Assembly (NCBI RefSeq): GCF_000582535.1 | Contig: NZ_CP006932.1 | Span: 180,001-212,000, forward strand | Length of the DNA: 32,000 nucleotides | From: Candidatus Saccharimonadota bacterium | Lineage (GTDB): Bacteria; Bacillota_I; Bacilli_A; Mycoplasmatales; Hepatoplasmataceae | Reading direction: 5' to 3' | In this document: piece by piece, positions 9,400 to 21,317 of the stretch | Numbering within the stretch: the first letter of the stretch is position 1 | Layout: each line of letters opens with the position of its first letter | Position numbers and translations under genes: made by a program | Notes under the pieces: generated by a model | What the model saw: the letters and a program-made list of their open reading frames with translations, nothing else | The model's database searches: none | What the model was told of the DNA's origin: nothing

Positions 9400-10684
9400 T
9401 ATTAGCGAAATTATCAATAAAAAAGCAAATAAAAAAGAATTAACAGATCAAGAAATTTATTATTTTGTTAATAATTTAAAAAAGGATGTAAAAAAATATC
9501 AAGTATCTTCAATGCTTATGGCAATTAAAATTAATGGTTTAAATGATCGCGAACTTATATCATATCATAATGCAATTGTTAATTCTGGAAATATAATTAA
9601 TTTGGATGATAATAGATTTGATAAACATTCAACAGGAGGATTAGGTGATAAAGTTTCAATTATACTTGCTCCAATTCTTGAAGCAATGGGAATTAAATTT
9701 TGAAAACTTAGTGGAAGAGGACTTGGATTTACAGGAGGAACAGTTGATAAATTAGAATCAATTAAAAAATTTAAAATAAATTATAATTTAGAAACAATTT
9801 TAAAAAAAGATTTTTCAAAACATAATTTTATAATTGGACAATCAAAAAATATTGTTCCTGCTGATAAGTATATTTATTCTATCAGAGATACTTCTGGATC
9901 GGTTGATTCAACAGAATTAATTGCCGCATCTGTAATGAGCAAAAAAATTGCAATGGGAGCAAAAAATATTTTAATTGATTTAAAAGTTGGAAGCGGAGCT
10001 TTTTTCAAAAATTTAAGAGATGCTGAAAAATTAGGTGAAAAATTAAAATTAATTGGGAAAAATAATAATCGAAATATTTATGTATTATATACAAATATGA
10101 ACGAACCTTTAGGAAAATCAATTGGTAATTCAATTGAAATAAAAGAAGCTATAAATTTTTTAAAAAATGAATATAAAGATCCTAAGTTGGAAGAATTATT
10201 AAGAAAAATAGCAAGTGAATTTTATGCAAAAAAATATCAAACTTCGATTACAGAAGGAATTGAAAAATTTAATGAAATTTTAAAAGAACATAAAGGATAT
10301 AAGACTTTTTTAAAAATCTTAGAAAATCAAAATGTTAAAATTAAAGATTTTAAAGATAGCAAAATTTTTACACCAAAACATAACAAAAGAATTACAGCTC
10401 ATCAAAATGGATATTTTAAATTTAAAAATCTTGAAGATTTAGGATATTTTTTAATAGATATAAAAGCAGGAAGAAAAATAGATAAAGATCATATTTATAA
10501 TCATTCTGGTGTTGATTTTTTTGTAAAAAATGGTGATTTTATAAATAAAGGTGATTTACTTGCAAAAATTTATTCAAAAGAAAAATTAACAGATCAGCAA
10601 ATTGAATGATTTAATGAAACTTTTACAATTGTAAAAGAAAAAGTAGAAGATGAAAAAATAATTTTAAAGGAACAAAGATGATAA
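9389..10684 (+). CDS. deoA: Pyrimidine-nucleoside (thymidine) phosphorylase
   Basis: ORFs 9389-9703 and 9935-10609 share a frame and join through TGAs; the end is ...KEQRW then TAA 10682-10684. Motifs: DKHSTGGLGDKVS, SGRGLGFTGGTVDKLE, SIRDTSG, SVMSKK. Confidence 0.9.
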
Positions 10685-11421
10685 AAAAAAGAGAATTCAA
10701 AATTGATAATTATGAAGGACCTTTAGATTTATTATTAGAACTTATTAAAAGCAAAAAGATGCATATTACTGAAATCTCATTAGTGGAGATTGCAGATCAA
10801 TTTGTTCAGATTGTTAATAATTTAGAAATTATTAATTTAGATCTTGTTTCTGAATATTTTTTACTTGCATCTCAACTTTTAGATTATAAAGCAAAATATT
10901 TACTTGCAATTGAAGAAGGAAAAGATTTTGCAAAAAAAATTGAATTATCAGAAGAAGATCTTTTACAAAGGTTAATAATTTATGAAAGTTATAAAAAAGC
11001 AAGCAAGCGAATTTATAATCTTTATAAAAATAATTTTTTCTTTTCAAAAAAAGATGATCAATTAGAAGAATTTTTATTTTCTAATACTGATAAAAGATAT
11101 CAATTAGTAAGCAAAGGTGTAATTGACATCGAAAAAGCAATTGATCGAATTTATAAAATATTAGAAAAAAATAAACAAATTAATACAACATTAACAGTAA
11201 AAAGAATTTCAATTGAAGAGCGTAAAAAAGAATTATTAGAAATTTTAGATTCTAATAAAAAAACTTATAAATTTACACAATTTATAAACAATAATAATTT
11301 TTCAAGATATATAATTGCAGTTACTTTAATTTGTTTTCTTGAGATGGCTGCAAACGATCAATTAATTTTAAAACAAATTAATGATTTTTCAGAAATTTTA
11401 ATTGAAAGAAAAAATCTATAA
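10678..11421 (+). CDS. scpA: Segregation and condensation protein A
   Basis: 247-aa ORF. The N-terminus FKIDNYEGPLDLLLELIKSKKMHITEISL matches ScpA. Confidence 0.9.
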   Translation: MIKKREFKIDNYEGPLDLLLELIKSKKMHITEISLVEIADQFVQIVNNLEIINLDLVSEYFLLASQLLDYKAKYLLAIEEGKDFAKKIELSEEDLLQRLIIYESYKKASKRIYNLYKNNFFFSKKDDQLEEFLFSNTDKRYQLVSKGVIDIEKAIDRIYKILEKNKQINTTLTVKRISIEERKKELLEILDSNKKTYKFTQFINNNNFSRYIIAVTLICFLEMAANDQLILKQINDFSEILIERKNL

Positions 11422-11448
11422 ATTATAAAATAAAACAAGAGGAATAAA

Positions 11449-12129
11449 ATGGATATAAAAATTTTACAAGCATTACTTTTTTTAAAAGGAGAAGAAGGAA
11501 TTAAAATTTCAGAATTAGCAAAAATTTTAAAAAAAAGTAAAAAAGAAATATTAAAAAAATTATCTGAATTAGAAACATTTTTAATAAAAATAGATTCCCC
11601 ATTTATTTTAAAGCAATTTGAAGATTTTTATTGATTATCGGTTAGTCAAGAAATTGGTTTAAAATTAACAAGAATTCTAAAAAAAGATGTTTCAATCAGA
11701 CTTTCAAAAAGTTTAATTGAAACTCTTACAATTATTGCTTATAATCAACCAACAACTAAATCTGATGTTGAAAAAATTCGTGGGTTTGCTTCTGATTATG
11801 CTTTTGCAAAATTAGTTGATTATAATTTGATTGAAGATTTAGGAATAGACGATAAAAGAAAAGGTAATCCTCATATATATAAAACAACAATCTATTTTCT
11901 TAAATTGTTTAATTTAAAATCATTAAATGATCTTCCAATTTTACGAAAAGATTTTATTGAAAAAACTGAAGAATTAAATCTTTTAGATTATCAAAATGAA
12001 AATGATTTAAAATTAAATTATCATAAAAATTTAAATATCAAGCAAAATTTGAAAGAAGATAAAAAAGCAATTGATAATTTTTTAGCAAAAAATGAAAATA
12101 ATCTTGAAAATACAATAGAGTTAAATTAA
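11449..12129 (+). CDS. scpB: Segregation and condensation protein B
   Basis: ORFs 11449-11634 and 11827-12129 share a frame and join through TGA. ALLFLKGEEGI and LSKSLIETLTIIAYNQPTTKSDVEKIRG match ScpB winged-helix motifs. A low-complexity C-terminal extension follows. Confidence 0.88.
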
Positions 12130-12130
12130 A

Positions 12131-12862
12131 ATGAATTTAAAAAAAGAAGAAAGAATCCAAAAATTAGTTGCAAATTATGGAAATTATTCTCGTAGAGAAA
12201 TTGAAAGATTAATAAAAGCAAAAAAAGTATTTAAGAATGATAAGTTAGTAGAACTTGGAACAAAATCAACAATTGATGACAAGATAGTAGTAGATGGAAA
12301 AAGAGTGATCTTTAATCTTAAATATGATTATTTTTTATTAAATAAACCAAAAGGCTATATTTGTAAAAGAAATGATTTAAAAAATAAATCAGTAATTTCT
12401 CTTATAAATAATTATAAAAATCGTAATTTATTTACAATTGGTCGATTAGATGTTCAAACTACAGGACTTATAATTCTAACAAATGATGGAAAATTAAAGA
12501 ATATTGTTGAGAGTCCCAAAAGTAAAATCAAAAAAGTTTATCTTGTTTGATTAGAAAAAAAAATTACTAAAAAAGATCTCGAAAATTTAAGAAAGGGAAT
12601 AATATTAGATGATAACTATCTTACAAAACCAATAGAAAAAATTAAGATTATAAATAATAAAGATAAAATTTTAATAAAATTAAGTATTATAGAAGGTAAA
12701 AAAAATCAAATTAAGAGAATGTTTATTGCTCTTGATAATAAAGTTATTAATCTAAAAAGAATTGAAATTGGTGACTTAAAATTAGGAACAATAAAATTGG
12801 GTGAATATCAAACAATTATACAAAGTCAAATTTATCAAAAATTAGGTTTAAAAGTAAATTAG
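12131..12862 (+). CDS. rluB: Pseudouridine synthase, RsuA/RluB family, with N-terminal S4 domain
   Basis: ORF 12131-12550 continues through TGA to TAG 12860-12862. RIQKLVANYGNYSRREIERLI (S4) and the catalytic GRLDVQTTGLIILTNDG are present. Confidence 0.85.
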
Positions 12863-12875
12863 GAAAGAGGGAAAA

Positions 12876-14570
12876 ATGGAAAATGATGAAAATAATTCAA
12901 AGAAATTAGAATCATTTTATAATGATTCTAATTTATGAAAAACTTATTTTCGTATCAGTGTTCCTGTAATTATTTTGATGTTATCAACGGCTAGTTATTC
13001 GTTGATAGATTCTATTATTTCAACAATTTATGTTGATGGAGCGACTTTTTTTAATAATCCTAATTTAAATGCTGCGGATGTTTTAAGTATTGTAACTCCT
13101 TTTATTATTTTTATGTTTACAATCTCTTATCTTTTTGTTGTTGGTGTAGGATTATTCTTACCAAATGCCTTAGGAAAAAAAGATTTTAAAATTGCTCATA
13201 AAATAATTGGAGAAGGAATTTCATTATCATTAATTTTTGGAATATTTACAATTTTGCTTTTTTACTTTTTAGCAGAACCTTGAATGAATTTTTTTGCAAA
13301 TAAAAATGATGCAATTACAGATGAAGCAATTCATCAAGGAATAATTTATATGCAAATTACAACAATTGCTGTTGCTTTTAATGGAATAAGAGATGTAATA
13401 GTGCGAGCTTTAAGAGTAGAAGGAAAAAATATTTCTTCTGCTCTTATTCCAATTATTGCTCTTCCTGTTAATTTGGGATTTGATATTATTTTTATGAATC
13501 CAAATATTGGTGGAATGGGACTTGAAGGGGCTGCTTGAGCAACTGTAATTGGAGCTTTTGTTGGAGCTTTTGCAGGAGTTGCTTATAGTATTTATCTTAA
13601 TTTTAAAAGTGATACTTATATTAGTTTTAATTTAAAATATTGGGTTCCTACTTGAGCAATATCAATTGTAATTATGCAATATGGATTTAGTTCATTTTAT
13701 TATCGGGCAACAATAATGTTTTTTATTCTTTGATATGTATATTTTTTAAATTTATTAGATGGACAATTACAAGAAGAAGATGTTGTTTCTTCTTTTAATA
13801 AATATTCGACAGCATCAATTCAAATTATTATATTTGGAAATGCAGTAGCCTCCGGAATTGGACAAGGAGGTTCTGTAATATTGGCTTATCATTATGGTAA
13901 GAAAAATTATGATGTAGTTGATAGAGGATTAAAAATATCATTTATCTATAATATTGTAGCAGAGGGAATTGTAGTTATAATTATGCTTGCTTTATCATCT
14001 CTTATTATGGAAATTTATGATGTTAATATTTTTGGTCCAATAAATGATCCTGGATCTGATCAATTGAGTTTATATTCAAATTATTTTAAATTAACAATTA
14101 TTGGTTTACCATTAATTTTATTACAAACACCAGAAACGATGTTTTATGGGCTTCGGAAAAAACCAAAAATTCTCGCTTGTCATGCAACATTATCAAATGT
14201 TGTAGTCGGACCACTTTTATTTTGAGCAATGTATCAAACAATAGATATAAGTGCGGCCGCCTCTAATCCAAATTTAATTTTTCCATATTTTTCTTCAATG
14301 ATTATAATTGGTTTTGTTCAAATTATAGTAACTGCTCCATTTATGAGTTATGCTTATCAAACAATTGGTGATGAAAAAACAACATTACTAAAATATTGAA
14401 AAGCAAAATTTATCAAGAAAAATTATTTTAATGTAAATTTTCCAAGTTATGATTATAAATTTTGATCACTTGCTTTTTTCAAAAAAAAAGAAAAAGAAAA
14501 TGATAATTCAGAAGAAACAAAAAATAATATAAATACAAAAGAGAATAAAAATGAAAAAAGAAAAAAATAA
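12876..14570 (+). CDS. MATE-family (MOP superfamily) efflux transporter
   Basis: ATG 12876 follows the SD GGAAAGAGGG. Three track ORFs (12975, 13284, 13881) and the gaps between them share one frame and join through at least 8 TGA codons. The product is about 564 aa and polytopic, with a MATE-like N-terminus (YFRISVPVIILMLSTASYSLIDSIIS). Confidence 0.7.
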
Positions 14571-15402
14571 TAAATTTAAACTAGAAAAAGGTAAAAAATA
14601 TCTTTTTGCTACTGATTTAGATGGGACTTTTTTAACTTCATATCGAGATTCCATGCATATTGATAATTATGAAGCTGTAAAAATGATAAAAAAGCATAAT
14701 TTTCCTTTTGTAATTGCAACAGGAAGAAGTTGATGATGAGCTAAAAAGATTTATGATCAATTAGGACTCGTAGATGCTTCTATTCACTTTTCAGGGGCAC
14801 AAATTCATAATGTTAATAATAATGCTTTTAAAATTAATTTTAAAAAGAAATTTGAAGAAATTTATACATATATTAAAAAAGAAGAAATTATTGAACTTGT
14901 AAAAGAAAATAATTTAATTACAAAAGTGGATTTTTTTAGTGTTGTTGGAAAAGAACATCAAGCAGAATTTTCAAAAATGGAAGATATTGATAAATTATTT
15001 TTTGATGCTTTTGAGTTTGCTGTTGTTGTAAAAAATAATCCAAGTTATGCACAAAAATTATTATTAGAGCTTAAGAAAAAATATAAAAGTCGTTTTGTAA
15101 TTAAATATTGAAGACATCAAAAAATGCGCGAGATTATTTTTTCACCTCCTGAAACAGATAAATCAATTGCTTTAAAACATGTTTTAAAGCAATATAATTT
15201 AAATGAAAAAAATTTAATTTATTTTGGAGATAATATAAATGATATCGATGCCTTAAAATTAGCTAAAATTAGTTATGTTCCCAAAAATGCAAATGAAAAA
15301 GCAAAAAAAGTAGCAACAGAGATTTTAGAATATACAAATGATGAAGGCGCTGTTGCAAAAAAAATTATTGAATTAATTACAGAACTTGAAAATGGAAAAT
15401 AA
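14551..15402 (+). CDS. Cof-type HAD-IIB family phosphatase
   Basis: ORFs 14551, 14926 and 15124 share a frame. Motif I is FATDLDGT, motif II is ATGRS, and motifs III/IV are FGDNINDIDAL. Three consecutive TGA (WWW) codons lie at 14731-14739. Confidence 0.8.
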
Positions 15403-16159
15403 TTTTAAAAAGATAAATTCAATTACAAATGATAAAATAACTTATTTTTATAAATTAAAAAACAAAAAATATATATTAAAAAATAAATTATTTTTAATTG
15501 AAGGAAAAAATATTATTTCTGAAGCAATCAAAAAAGATTTAGTATCAACAATTTTAATTATTAATCAAAATGACTATTCAGATTTTAAAGGAGAAAAAAT
15601 AATTGTAAATCAAAAAATAATTGATAAATTATCTTTTAATAAAAATAGCAATAATGTGATTGCAATTTGTAAATTGGAAGATAATCTTTTTTTGGATAAT
15701 GATCTTTTGTTTAATAAGATTATTATTTTAGATAAAATTCAAGATCCAAAAAATTTAGGATCAATTGTAAGAACAGCATATGGTCTTGGATTTGAAGCAA
15801 TTTATCTTACAGATCAAACTGTTTTTCCTTATAATCATTATGTAATTTCTAGTTCGCAAGGAGCAATATTTTCACTTCCTATTTTTTATTTAAAGAATTT
15901 TAATTTTCTTAAAAATTATCAAAAATATTTATTTGTAATAGATAAAAAGGCAACGAAATTATCAGAAATAAAAAAATCTGATGAAAAAATAGCTTTAATT
16001 TTTGGAAATGAAGGTAAAGGGATAAGTTCTGATTTTTTTAATATAGATCAAAAAACAATAAAAACTTATATTCCGCTTGTTAATAATTTTGATTCTTTTA
16101 ATGTTTCTATTGCTGCAGCAATCGCTTTATATTATTTTCAAATAATTATTAAAAAATAA
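15392..16159 (+). CDS. TrmH/SpoU-family RNA 2'-O-methyltransferase (RlmB-like)
   Basis: ILDKIQDPKNLGSIVRTAYGLG, FGNEGKGIS and NVSIAAAIALY are SpoU motifs. ATG 15392 is preferred over the TTG 15386 used by the track. Confidence 0.85.
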   Translation: MENNFKKINSITNDKITYFYKLKNKKYILKNKLFLIEGKNIISEAIKKDLVSTILIINQNDYSDFKGEKIIVNQKIIDKLSFNKNSNNVIAICKLEDNLFLDNDLLFNKIIILDKIQDPKNLGSIVRTAYGLGFEAIYLTDQTVFPYNHYVISSSQGAIFSLPIFYLKNFNFLKNYQKYLFVIDKKATKLSEIKKSDEKIALIFGNEGKGISSDFFNIDQKTIKTYIPLVNNFDSFNVSIAAAIALYYFQIIIKK

Positions 16160-16229
16160 TTTATAATTATTCTATAAATTTAAAGAATTTTATATAAAAT
16201 ATATAAAATCTTATTAAAAAGGAGTATTT

Positions 16230-16547
16230 ATGGTTAATGAATTTGATGAAAATAAATTAAAAAAAATAATTGGAGAGAAAAAAATAATTATAATTGATTT
16301 TTTTGCTACTTGATGTGGGCCTTGTCAAATGTTTGGTCCTGTTTTTGAAAAATTTTCAACAGAATATGAAAAAAAAGAAATAATCTTTGCAAAGGTTGAT
16401 GTTGATAAATATACAGATTTTTCAGCTGATCAAGGGGTTACATCAATTCCAACAATTGTTGCTTATAAAGATGGTAAAGAATTTTTAAGATTTACAGGTT
16501 TTAGATCATTAGAGAATCTTAAAAAAGATTTTAAAACTCTACTTTAG
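16230..16547 (+). CDS. trxA: Thioredoxin
   Basis: ATG 16230 follows the SD AAGGAG. The active site W-C-G-P-C lies at 16311-16325, with its Trp encoded by TGA. The track only shows the part after that TGA. Confidence 0.93.
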
Positions 16548-16562
16548 TATTTATAAATTAAA

Positions 16563-17615
16563 ATGAATAATGAGATTGAAAAAATCTTCCTTTTATTGAA
16601 AAAGGAGTTAAAAGAGATAGAAAATTTAGAATCTTGAAAACAGATAAAGGCAAAATATCTTACAAAATCGCTTTTTTTTAATAATTTAAAAAATAATTTA
16701 AAAAATAGTAAAGATTCTGAAGAAAAAATTAAAATAGGGAAACTTATTCAGTTTTATCTTTTAAATATAAATCAAATTTTAAATAATAAACGTAAAGATT
16801 TAGAAAATAGTTTTTTTTCTTCTTATCAAAAAAATCCTCTGCTTGAAAAAGAAATTTCTGATATTATAATTACAAAAAAAATTAGAGGTAATATTCATCC
16901 ATTAACAAAAATTACTTTGATGATAAACAAATATTTTGATAATTTAAATTTTAATTATGTTTATGGAAATGAAATTGAAATTGATAAATTTAATTTTGAT
17001 TATCTAAATATTCCAAAAGATCACCCCGCTAGAGAAATGCAAGATACGTTTTATCTTGAAAATGAAAATAAACTTTTACGAACTCATACAACAAATATTA
17101 CAGCAAGAAAATTATTACTAGATAAAAGCAATTTACTTAAATACTATACAACTGGAATTGTTTATCGTAATGATGATAATGATGCAACACATTCTATTCA
17201 ATTTAATCAATTAGATTTTTTTATGCTTTCAAAATCAATTTCTCTTGCCAATTTTAAATATATTTTAATTAATTTACTTGAAACAATTTTTGATAAAAAT
17301 ATTCCTATTCGTTTTAGACCATCTTATTTTCCTTTTACAGAGCCTTCTTTTGAAGTTGATGTTGGATGCTTTAAATGTAAGCAAAATGGTTGTGAAATTT
17401 GTAAAAATAGTGGATGAATTGAAATTTTGGGTTCAGGAATGATAAGTCATCACGTTTTAAAACTTGTTGGAAAAGATGATTCTAATATGCAAGGTTTTGC
17501 TGCAGGAATTGGAATTGAAAGACTTGCGATGTTGCGTTTTAATATTAAAGATATTCGTAATTTTTATTTAAATAATCTTAGTTTTTTAAGAAATTACGAT
17601 AAAGGAGATAAATAG
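16563..17615 (+). CDS. pheS: Phenylalanine--tRNA ligase alpha subunit
   Basis: ATG 16563 is in frame with ORFs 16917 and 17427 through TGAs. Class II motifs are present: [38 protein letters not shown]...[11 protein letters not shown]. Confidence 0.93.
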
Positions 17616-19648
17616 TGAAAATTTTATTAAATGAATTAAAAAAATTTATAGATTTAGATAAAATAACAATCGATAAGTTAATTGAGAGTTTAAATTCATT
17701 ATCTTATGAAGTTGAATATTATCAAAGAATCCATAATCTTAAAAGCAAATCATTTATAAAATTAGCAAAAGTTATTAGTTGTAAAAAACACCCTAATGCT
17801 GATAAATTATCTCTTTGTAAACTTGAGACAAATAATAAAGAATATCAAGTGGTTTGTGGGGCAAAAAATATTAGAGAAGGACAAACAGTCATTCATGCTC
17901 TTCCGGGATCAATTATTAATGATCATAAATTAGAGGTTAAAAAAATTCGTAATGTTTTATCATATGGAATGGTTCTTTCAATTGAAGAACTTTTAAATTT
18001 AGATAAAAATATTATTGATGATCAAGAAAAAAATAATATTCTAGTTTTAGATAATCGAATTTCACTTAAAAATAATGTTTTTGATCTTTTAAAAATTGAT
18101 GATTATTTAATTGAAATATCTATTTTACCTGATCGAATTTATGCTAATTCTTATCAATTTCTTGCAAAGGAATTAGCTGCTTTTTTAGATTTAAAATTAT
18201 TAGATCAAGAAGAAAAAAATATTAAATTTAATCCAGAAATTAATTTAGATTTAAAGGAAAAAGATTTAATTTTAACAAATAAAGCAGTTTCGTTAGCAAC
18301 AGCAAATGCTATATTAAACTCAAATAATAAAGTTAAAACTCCTTTTGAAATTAAGTTATTGCTTTATTTAAATAATATAAAACCTAAAAATAATATATTA
18401 GATTTAATATATTATTTTCGCTTAATTTATGGATTATCAATTTATGAAGTAGAGAAAAATCAAAAATATCAATTTGATGGGCAGATTATTAATAATAAAA
18501 TAGATATTTTTAATAAATATTTTAAAGAAAATAAAATAGATGAAACAAAAAATATCTCTTTTGTTGCGATTTCTAGTACAAAAAAAGAAAATGTTCTTGG
18601 GATTGATGATGATAAATTGGATTTTATGGCAAGACAAAATATAAAAGGAACAGAATTTAGTCAAGTTAATTTACTTAAAAATTTTTTGTATTATGGAAAA
18701 AAATTTGATTATTTAAAATCATATACAGATATTATTATTAAAAATAAAATAATAAATGATTTTACAAATGAAATAAAAACGATTAAATTAGAAGAGGAAT
18801 TTTTAGAAAATTATATTGGTGAAAAAATTAATCTTTATGATGTTTTAGAAAAATTAAAAATTATTGGTTTTAATTATATAAAAGAAAAGGAATTATGAAA
18901 AATTCCTAATTATCGTTTTAATCTTGATCATAAACAAGATATGATTGAAGAGATAATACGATATTATAAAATTGAAAATATCCAATCAAAAAAATATCCA
19001 ATTACAAAAGAATTTATAAAAATTGAAAATAATAAATATTTCATTGAAAAGGTTTCAGAATTATTAATTTCTTATGGATTTAACGAGGCAAAAAATTATT
19101 CTTTTGTAAATAATAATGAATTTAATGAATATAATTTATGAGATATTAAAAAACCAATATTTTTAAATCAAAAATATAATTTGAAAAATAATATTTTGCG
19201 TAATTCTTTACTTAAAGGATTACTTAATAGTCATAATTTAAACTATAAAAATAACTTTGAAGATATTCGGTTATTCGAATTTGCAAATATTTATTTTTCT
19301 GATCAAGAAGATGATTTTAAACTGACTTTAGGATTGATTTTTGATGATAAAATTACCTATAAATTAGATCAGAATATTGAGAATCAAGAATATTCTCCAT
19401 TATTAGTGGGAAATAAAATAATAAAAGATATTCTAAATATTCTCGGATTAAAAACTGAAAAATATCTTACTTATAAAGAAATAAAAACAAAGGAAGATAT
19501 TTTTAACAAAGCACAAGCTGTTGAAGTTTATTATAATAATAAGTTAATTGCCTATTTTGGGGAACTAAGTCCAAAAATTCTTAGAGCTAAAAAATATATA
19601 AGAATAGATAAAATTAAAGCTCATTTATATTATTTAGAGATGATTTAG
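17615..19648 (+). CDS. pheT: Phenylalanine--tRNA ligase beta subunit
   Basis: GTG 17615 overlaps the pheS TAG by 1 nt. ORFs 17615, 18941 and 19181 share a frame through TGAs. An N-terminal tRNA-binding domain is present (HPNADKLSLCKLE...VCGAKNIREGQ). Confidence 0.9.
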
Positions 19649-19681
19649 TAAAGATAATTTAGGAATTTATATAAGTTTTTT

Positions 19682-19715
19682 CTCTTACCTTTTAATTTTT
19701 TTTGTAAGAGTTTTT
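19682..19715 (+). terminator. Possible intrinsic terminator after pheT
   Basis: CTCTTAC 19682-19688 pairs with GTAAGAG 19704-19710 (7 bp, long 15-nt loop), followed by T5. Confidence 0.4.
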
Positions 19716-19736
19716 AACTTTTTTAGGATGGTAAAA

Positions 19737-21281
19737 ATGAAAATTAAAATAAAAAAATTCTTTGATGATGTAGAATGAACATTTTTTTTAATAATTCTTT
19801 TTTCGTTATTAATTCCGTTTGTTTATAAATTTGTTCGTTATTTTTGATTATCAAAACAATCTATCGATGATTTTTCTAATCTTTTAGGAATACTTTCAAC
19901 TATTAATTTAGTTTTTGAAACAGCTACAATCTTTTTAATTGTTCCTGTTTACGCTTTTGTAAATAAAAATATTAAAAATAGTTTTCAACAAAAAGAAAAA
20001 TTTTTAATCTCTTTTATAATTGTCATAATTGGACTTATTTTTATTAATTTAATTATGGCCGTCTGTTCATATCCTTATGTAATTTATGTATTAGATTCAA
20101 ATGGAAATACAAATTTACTTGCATTTACATTTATGATGAGTTCAATTGGTTTTTCTTTTTTGCTGATTGATCATTTATTTATTGCTTTTTTAGTTTTAAA
20201 ACGAGATAAAGTAAGTTCTTTTTTCCTTACAATAATTGGAATATTTTTTCTTTTTTTATGTGATTTTTTCTTAATTTCAGGAATTTTTATTGAAAATCCT
20301 AGTTATATTATATTTTCAATTTCTTTCTTATTAGGACCTTTACTTTACTTTATTTTAATTTTTGTTTGAATTTTTTTCAGAGAGTATCAAGAGTGAAAAA
20401 AAGCAATCAAAAATTTTAGTTTTAAAAGATGAAAAAAAGACTTAAAAATATATAAAAAAACAAGTTTTTTTATTGGAATTGAAGCTTTAATTTGAAATCT
20501 TCTTTGATTTCTTGGTGTTTCGATGCCTCTCTATATGAGTGTAGATCAGCCTTATATTGAAACGGCTTTTATATTAAGCGATGCAATGTTTTGAACAATT
20601 CTTATTGTTCCACTTACTGCTTTTACATATTTGCAAGCAGAAAGACATTCTCGGGCTCTCAATTCAGAAGAACATAATTTTGTTCTTTTCAATGGATTTA
20701 TTTTTGTTTTTATGATTGGAGTTAGCTGATTAATACTTGCCCCAATTGTAATATTTTTAATTTATCCTCATTATATTAATTTTGATACAACTTATGTGTT
20801 TTTAAATATTGGTGATTTTGCAAGTAGATCTGATTTGATTAATGTTAATTCTAGGGGTGATTTATCCACAATATTACAAACAAATTATTATGATATTTCT
20901 TATCATTATATAAAATCATTTTGTTTAATTATGCTTCCTTTTTTCTTTTTAATGCTAATTATTAGAGTTATTTATACTTATTGAGTTTCTGTTGGTAATA
21001 GTTTTAAGGCTCTTTTAGGAACAATAATTGGTGCTGGAGTGATTTGAATTCCTTCTACAATTATTTTTAATACATTTGCACTTATGAATATAAATTTTTC
21101 TCCTTATTTTATTATGATTACTTATGGATTAGGTATTTTAATGATGGCGATTACTTATTCTTATCAACTTAATTTAGAAAATAAAGAAAATACTGTTTAT
21201 TGAAGATGGTATTTAAGATTATTAACAATTGATTATATCAACAGTGAAATTGAGAATGAATTGTTAATTAATAACATATAA
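19737..21281 (+). CDS. Polytopic integral membrane protein, possibly a second MATE/MOP-like transporter
   Basis: ATG 19737 has AGGA 8 nt upstream; an alternative in-frame ATG lies at 19728. ORFs 20055 and 20796 and all gaps share one frame and join through many TGA codons, ending at TAA 21279-21281. The product is about 514 aa, with 12 or more hydrophobic segments in two halves separated by a basic loop. Confidence 0.45.
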
Positions 21282-21317
21282 AAAAAAGTATAATGAGAAT
21301 GAGTTTTTAAAATTATC

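Noticed and set aside
12975-14225. Apparent fragmentation of genes into 2-4 short ORFs (MATE, HAD, pheS/pheT, purB, scpB, deoA, the RCC1 gene and others), which could suggest pseudogenes or frameshifts.
   Set aside because: All fragments of each gene lie in the same frame and are separated only by TGA codons, often at conserved Trp positions. Translation table 4 restores full-length proteins, so no frameshift needs to be invoked.
14253-14260. GCGGCCGC (NotI site), a GC-only octamer inside the MATE gene, striking in such AT-rich DNA.
   Set aside because: It simply encodes Ala-Ala-Ala within a TM segment (SAAAS). There is no repeat, palindrome partner or regulatory context, so it is a curiosity only.
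16548-16562. Looked for a T-box leader upstream of pheS, as in many Firmicutes.
   Set aside because: Only 15 nt separate the trxA stop from the pheS ATG. There is no room for a T-box, and no specifier or T-box motif is visible upstream.
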